From an uncultured Nitrososphaerota archaeon (GTDB taxonomy: Archaea > Asgardarchaeota > Njordarchaeia > Njordarchaeales > Panguiarchaeaceae): 11,222 nucleotides of DNA. This document shows, in pieces, positions 7,784 through 11,222 of the stretch (the first letter of the stretch is position 1; the number at the start of each line of letters is the position of its first letter). The stretch is from assembly GCA_964636085.1 (NCBI GenBank), contig CAZWPQ010000022.1, positions 1-11,222 of the forward strand, written 5' to 3'. The translations under genes were made by a program, and so were the position numbers. The notes under the pieces are model-generated. The model searched no databases and had not been told where the DNA came from. It saw nothing but the letters and a program-made list of their open reading frames with translations.

Positions 7784-8473
7784 ATGCTAGGAGTAGTGGC
7801 ATCAATCATGATGTTAATTGGGGTTACCCTAAGCATACGTTTTCTATTTCAGGTAAAGATCTTCAAAATATACAGGTACCTAATAACTATCTATATCCTA
7901 CATTTTGTGATTGGTGTATTATGGTCAATTGTGACACTGTCTCTGGTTCTTAGTAAAGAGTTATATAGAAACCTTTGGCCTGTGATATTTCTAGCATCTG
8001 TAGTTCTAATGCTCGAGGTTACCGTGTTCACACATGGCAACATCAGGGAGGTATTAAGAAAAGTTTTGCCAGGAACAACGGCGTTTGTACCATTATCATT
8101 CCTAGCATATTTAATTATAGGTAGTGATCCTATCTATTTAACACCGGGCACATCAATTGCTATAGCTACATGTGGCTTTATTGTAGCTCTCATTCTCGAG
8201 CTTATATATGTTACATCGAAAATATATTCGATAATGCGTGGGGGCAAGTTATTCTATTTCTGGAGGAGATTACTGATCATGACGATCTATTACATGGTCT
8301 ACGGTCTAGTATATTCGATCTCAGGAGTTCTAGTCATGTTAAAACTAATCAGTTATGGATTGGGAAATGCGCTTGTAGCAACCGTATATCTTGGAAAAAC
8401 ACTAATGATGCATCTCGTTACGGATTACTACAATAAGAATCTAAAACCAATAATCGAGAAGATATCAATATAG
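7784..8473 (+). CDS. Stand-alone seven-transmembrane protein (putative sensor/receptor)
   Basis: 229 aa with seven hydrophobic segments. Basic loops after TM1, TM3 and TM5 and a basic C-tail imply N-out/C-in. Starts 10 nt after the upstream stop. Confidence 0.75.
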   Translation: MLGVVASIMMLIGVTLSIRFLFQVKIFKIYRYLITIYILHFVIGVLWSIVTLSLVLSKELYRNLWPVIFLASVVLMLEVTVFTHGNIREVLRKVLPGTTAFVPLSFLAYLIIGSDPIYLTPGTSIAIATCGFIVALILELIYVTSKIYSIMRGGKLFYFWRRLLIMTIYYMVYGLVYSISGVLVMLKLISYGLGNALVATVYLGKTLMMHLVTDYYNKNLKPIIEKISI

Positions 8474-8475
8474 CG

Positions 8476-8481
8476 TTTTTT
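8476..8481 (+). terminator. Possible archaeal oligo-T terminator
   Basis: T6 run in a pyrimidine tract 2 nt after the stop codon at 8473. Confidence 0.4.
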
Positions 8482-8550
8482 CTCCTTAACAATTTCTAAT
8501 TACCTAGACTCGATGTATCTCTATTCCTTTATAAGTACTTTTTGGAATTT

Positions 8551-8731
8551 GTGTTCATATCCATATAGTGAACATGGGGGTAAAGAGAATATGTTGCCCA
8601 CAAAAATCATGGCTAAGGTAGCGCATCTGGGGTCGATGAATATTTTTTGGTCTGCCCCAAATAGGGCTAGATACATCGTATAAGTGGGTAAACATACTCT
8701 TTCCCCTAGTTCTCTACGTGGATAAAAATAC
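8551..8731 (+). other. 181-nt element with ~50-nt imperfect inverted arms (structured leader RNA or MITE-like element)
   Basis: 8551-8601 vs reverse complement of 8684-8731: about 39 identities in ~52 columns plus 4 G-U-compatible positions. Ends directly at the AGGTGA SD (8733-8738). Confidence 0.65.
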
Positions 8732-8743
8732 TAGGTGAAAAAA

Positions 8744-11222
8744 TTGACCAGAAGGAAAATAGGATGCATATTTGTGATATTATTCATCGTATCTGCCTTT
8801 GGAGATTTGTTTTCGCTAAACTACTCTGTGAAAAAAGTTAATAGTGGCGAAGATTATGGCGATATGGCCTATGGTGAAGGGCTATACAGATCTAAAAGCA
8901 TAGTATTGTTCAGGAATATTAGCAGTAATCTGGGAAAGGACAAGGTAAAACGTAACATGAAATTCCGTGCAAGAACGGTTATTGGGAGTCAACCACCTAA
9001 AACTGGGACATGGATAATAAATGAGACAACAATAGTTTATTATTCGGATTTAATAATAAATGGGAGCATCATGGTTGAGGAGAACGGATCGCTGATCCTC
9101 ACCCATAGTAGGTTATATATAAACCTGAGTTTTGATGGTGAATATTGGATAGAAGTAAACGAGGGTGGAAACCTAACACTTAGGTATTCAACAATAACAG
9201 CATACAATACCACCAACAATTACTACATAAAGATAAACTATGGAGCATATTTCCTTGCAAATGGAAGCGAAATAAGCTATGCTGGATATAGTAGCACGGC
9301 AGAAACATCAGGGATATGGATAAACAATAATGGTTCTAAAATTATAAACTGTTCCATGCACCATAACTACTATGGGGTATACTTCGGCTATAACTCGACA
9401 GATGGGGTGGTGATGAATAGCGACATCACGGATATATCCGTGGAGGGAATATACCTAAACGGATTCAACATAACCGTCGAAAACAACAATGTTAATTCAT
9501 CAACAGTTGGAATACGGGCAGAGAACGACAACCATATTGTAACCAATAACACAGTAATGGCCGAGACGGCGATATACCTGTTAGGGGCCATAAATATATC
9601 TATAACAAAAAACACATTAATTAACTCCGGTGTAGGGATCCACATCCAAGACACTAATGCCTCAACAATAAAGGAAAACACGATACGAAATATGGCACAA
9701 GAAGCAATTAGGATAGAGGGCATATCATCGGGAAACATAATCTACTTCAACAACATAATCAGCACCAATGGCGTATATGACGAGGGAATAATAACGATGT
9801 ACACCAATGGGACATATGGGAACTATTGGGATGACTACTACGGTGTGGACAGCGACGGTGACTGGATAGGGGACACACCATACATAATAGACAACGACAG
9901 CGAGGACGATTTACCCCTCATATATCCATATCAAGTCTACTATCCTAATGATGACTATGATAAAGACGGACTAATAAATACCCAAGAACATACTATTGGA
10001 ACAGATCCAACCAACAATGACACGGACAGTGACGGTCTCCTTGATGGCGATGAAGCAAATATATACGCTACAGATCCTCTTAATCCAGATACAGATGAGG
10101 ATGGTCTCCTTGATGGCGATGAAATCTCCCAAAATACGGATCCTTTTGATGACGATACCGACGATGATGGTCTCTTTGATGGCGACGAGGTCAATGATTT
10201 TGGCACGGATCCTCTCAACAATGATACTGATGCTGACGGGTTGCTTGATGGTGATGAGGTAGGGATCTATGGTACAGATCCTCTTAACAATGATACCGAT
10301 ACTGATGGTCTTATAGATGGTGAAGAAGTTTCTTATGGCACTGATCCATCGAACGATGATACCGATGATGATGGTCTTCTTGATGGTGATGAATTGGAGA
10401 TCTATGGGACGGATCCATTGAATGATGATACTGATGCTGACGGGTTGCTTGATGGTGATGAATTATCCTATGGTACTGATCCCCTGAACTCGGATAGTGA
10501 CGATGATGATCTCATGGATGGAGATGAAGTGTATGCATATGGCACAGATCCTCTTGATAATGATACTGATGATGATGGCCTTATTGATGGTGATGAGGTT
10601 GCTATACATTGTACTGATCCAAACGATCCAGACACAGATGACGATGGCCTTATAGATAGTAGCGAAGTATATTTGTATAACACTGATCCATTAAACGATG
10701 ATACCGATACAGATGGACTCCTAGACGGCGAGGAAATAAACATCTACAACACGGATCCTCTAGATCCGGATAGTGATTTTGATAATCTTCTTGATGGCGA
10801 AGAAATTACTTATGGTACCGATCCACTAAACAATGATACTGATGATGATGGTCTTCTTGATGGTGATGAAGTGAACAATTACAATACAAACCCGCTTGAT
10901 AATGATACTGATGATGATGGTCTTCTTGATGGTGATGAGGCTTATCTATATTATACCGATCCCCTTAGCAATGATACTGATGATGACTGTATGCCTGATG
11001 GTTGGGAGGTCGATAATGGGCTTGATCCAAACTCTAATGATTCCGATCAGGATCCAGACAACGATGGATTATTGAATCTAGAAGAATATTATAATGGCAC
11101 AAATCCACGAAACAATGATACCGACAATGACGGTCTTCTTGATGGTTATGAAGTATATTCGCACAACACCGATCCCCTTAGCAATGATACTGATGATGAC
11201 TGTATGCCTGATGGTTGGGAGG
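8744..11222 (+). CDS. Large secreted/surface glycoprotein: signal peptide, right-handed beta-helix (NosD/CASH-like) domain and TSP3-like Ca-binding repeats; 3'-truncated
   Basis: Frame open from TTG 8744 (or GTG 8735) to the window end, 826 codons, absent from the ORF track. Signal peptide-like MTRRKIGCIFVILFIVSAFG; GIYL/NNT beta-helix repeats; NosD-type end motif GNYWDDYYGVDSDGDWIGDTPY at ~9818; about 19 N-x-S/T sequons before the repeats. Confidence 0.9.
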   Translation, partial: MTRRKIGCIFVILFIVSAFGDLFSLNYSVKKVNSGEDYGDMAYGEGLYRSKSIVLFRNISSNLGKDKVKRNMKFRARTVIGSQPPKTGTWIINETTIVYYSDLIINGSIMVEENGSLILTHSRLYINLSFDGEYWIEVNEGGNLTLRYSTITAYNTTNNYYIKINYGAYFLANGSEISYAGYSSTAETSGIWINNNGSKIINCSMHHNYYGVYFGYNSTDGVVMNSDITDISVEGIYLNGFNITVENNNVNSSTVGIRAENDNHIVTNNTVMAETAIYLLGAINISITKNTLINSGVGIHIQDTNASTIKENTIRNMAQEAIRIEGISSGNIIYFNNIISTNGVYDEGIITMYTNGTYGNYWDDYYGVDSDGDWIGDTPYIIDNDSEDDLPLIYPYQVYYPNDDYDKDGLINTQEHTIGTDPTNNDTDSDGLLDGDEANIYATDPLNPDTDEDGLLDGDEISQNTDPFDDDTDDDGLFDGDEVNDFGTDPLNNDTDADGLLDGDEVGIYGTDPLNNDTDTDGLIDGEEVSYGTDPSNDDTDDDGLLDGDELEIYGTDPLNDDTDADGLLDGDELSYGTDPLNSDSDDDDLMDGDEVYAYGTDPLDNDTDDDGLIDGDEVAIHCTDPNDPDTDDDGLIDSSEVYLYNTDPLNDDTDTDGLLDGEEINIYNTDPLDPDSDFDNLLDGEEITYGTDPLNNDTDDDGLLDGDEVNNYNTNPLDNDTDDDGLLDGDEAYLYYTDPLSNDTDDDCMPDGWEVDNGLDPNSNDSDQDPDNDGLLNLEEYYNGTNPRNNDTDNDGLLDGYEVYSHNTDPLSNDTDDDCMPDGWE
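9953..11222 (+). repeat. Coding tandem repeat, at least 19 units of mostly 22-23 aa, consensus DTDxDGLLDGDE-x(4-5)-TDPLNN
   Basis: Direct translation; DxDxDG Ca-binding motif in most units; 66/69-nt period. Confidence 0.92.

Noticed and set aside
8717-8725. DnaA-box-like TTATCCACG on the minus strand (also ttatcca at 2581)
   Set aside because: Isolated imperfect matches, no cluster, and archaeal context.
9388-10743. ORFs 9388..9738, 9955..10221, 9996..10262 and 10468..10743
   Set aside because: Antisense or off-frame shadows of the large surface-protein gene; the Ser-rich periodicity mirrors GAT codons.
9953-11222. 66-69 nt periodic repeats with variable inserts resembling a CRISPR array
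   Set aside because: Units stay in frame, vary at synonymous positions, encode DxDxDG motifs, and the inserts are only 12-15 nt; no cas genes.
10955-11222. 55-nt exact duplicate as a diversity-generating retroelement template/variable repeat pair
   Set aside because: The copies are identical with no adenine-specific differences, both are in the same ORF, and no reverse transcriptase is present.

Overview
AT-rich prokaryotic DNA, most likely archaeal: GGTGA Shine-Dalgarno (SD) sites, TATA-like boxes, an N-glycosylation-rich surface protein and a longin/roadblock-like protein. An Asgard-like lineage is an inference only. In order: the 3' part of a PIN-domain toxin gene; a decayed ~1.6 kb zone with a frameshifted IS630-type transposase fragment and a stop-interrupted Ig-like repeat pseudogene; two paralogous small membrane-protein genes flanking an OPT-family transporter and a lipoate-protein ligase; an unknown soluble protein; a two-gene operon of a longin/roadblock-like protein and a stand-alone 7-TM protein with a Lys inside helix 7; and a large secreted beta-helix (NosD-like) protein with at least 19 Ca-binding TSP3-like repeats that runs off the window and is missing from the ORF track. 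The most unusual signals are (i) long nested fold-back elements filling intergenic spacers and ending just before the SD of the OPT and surface-protein genes, each with a competing 5' hairpin, and (ii) the 7-TM + longin module. All pairings and alignments were done by eye.
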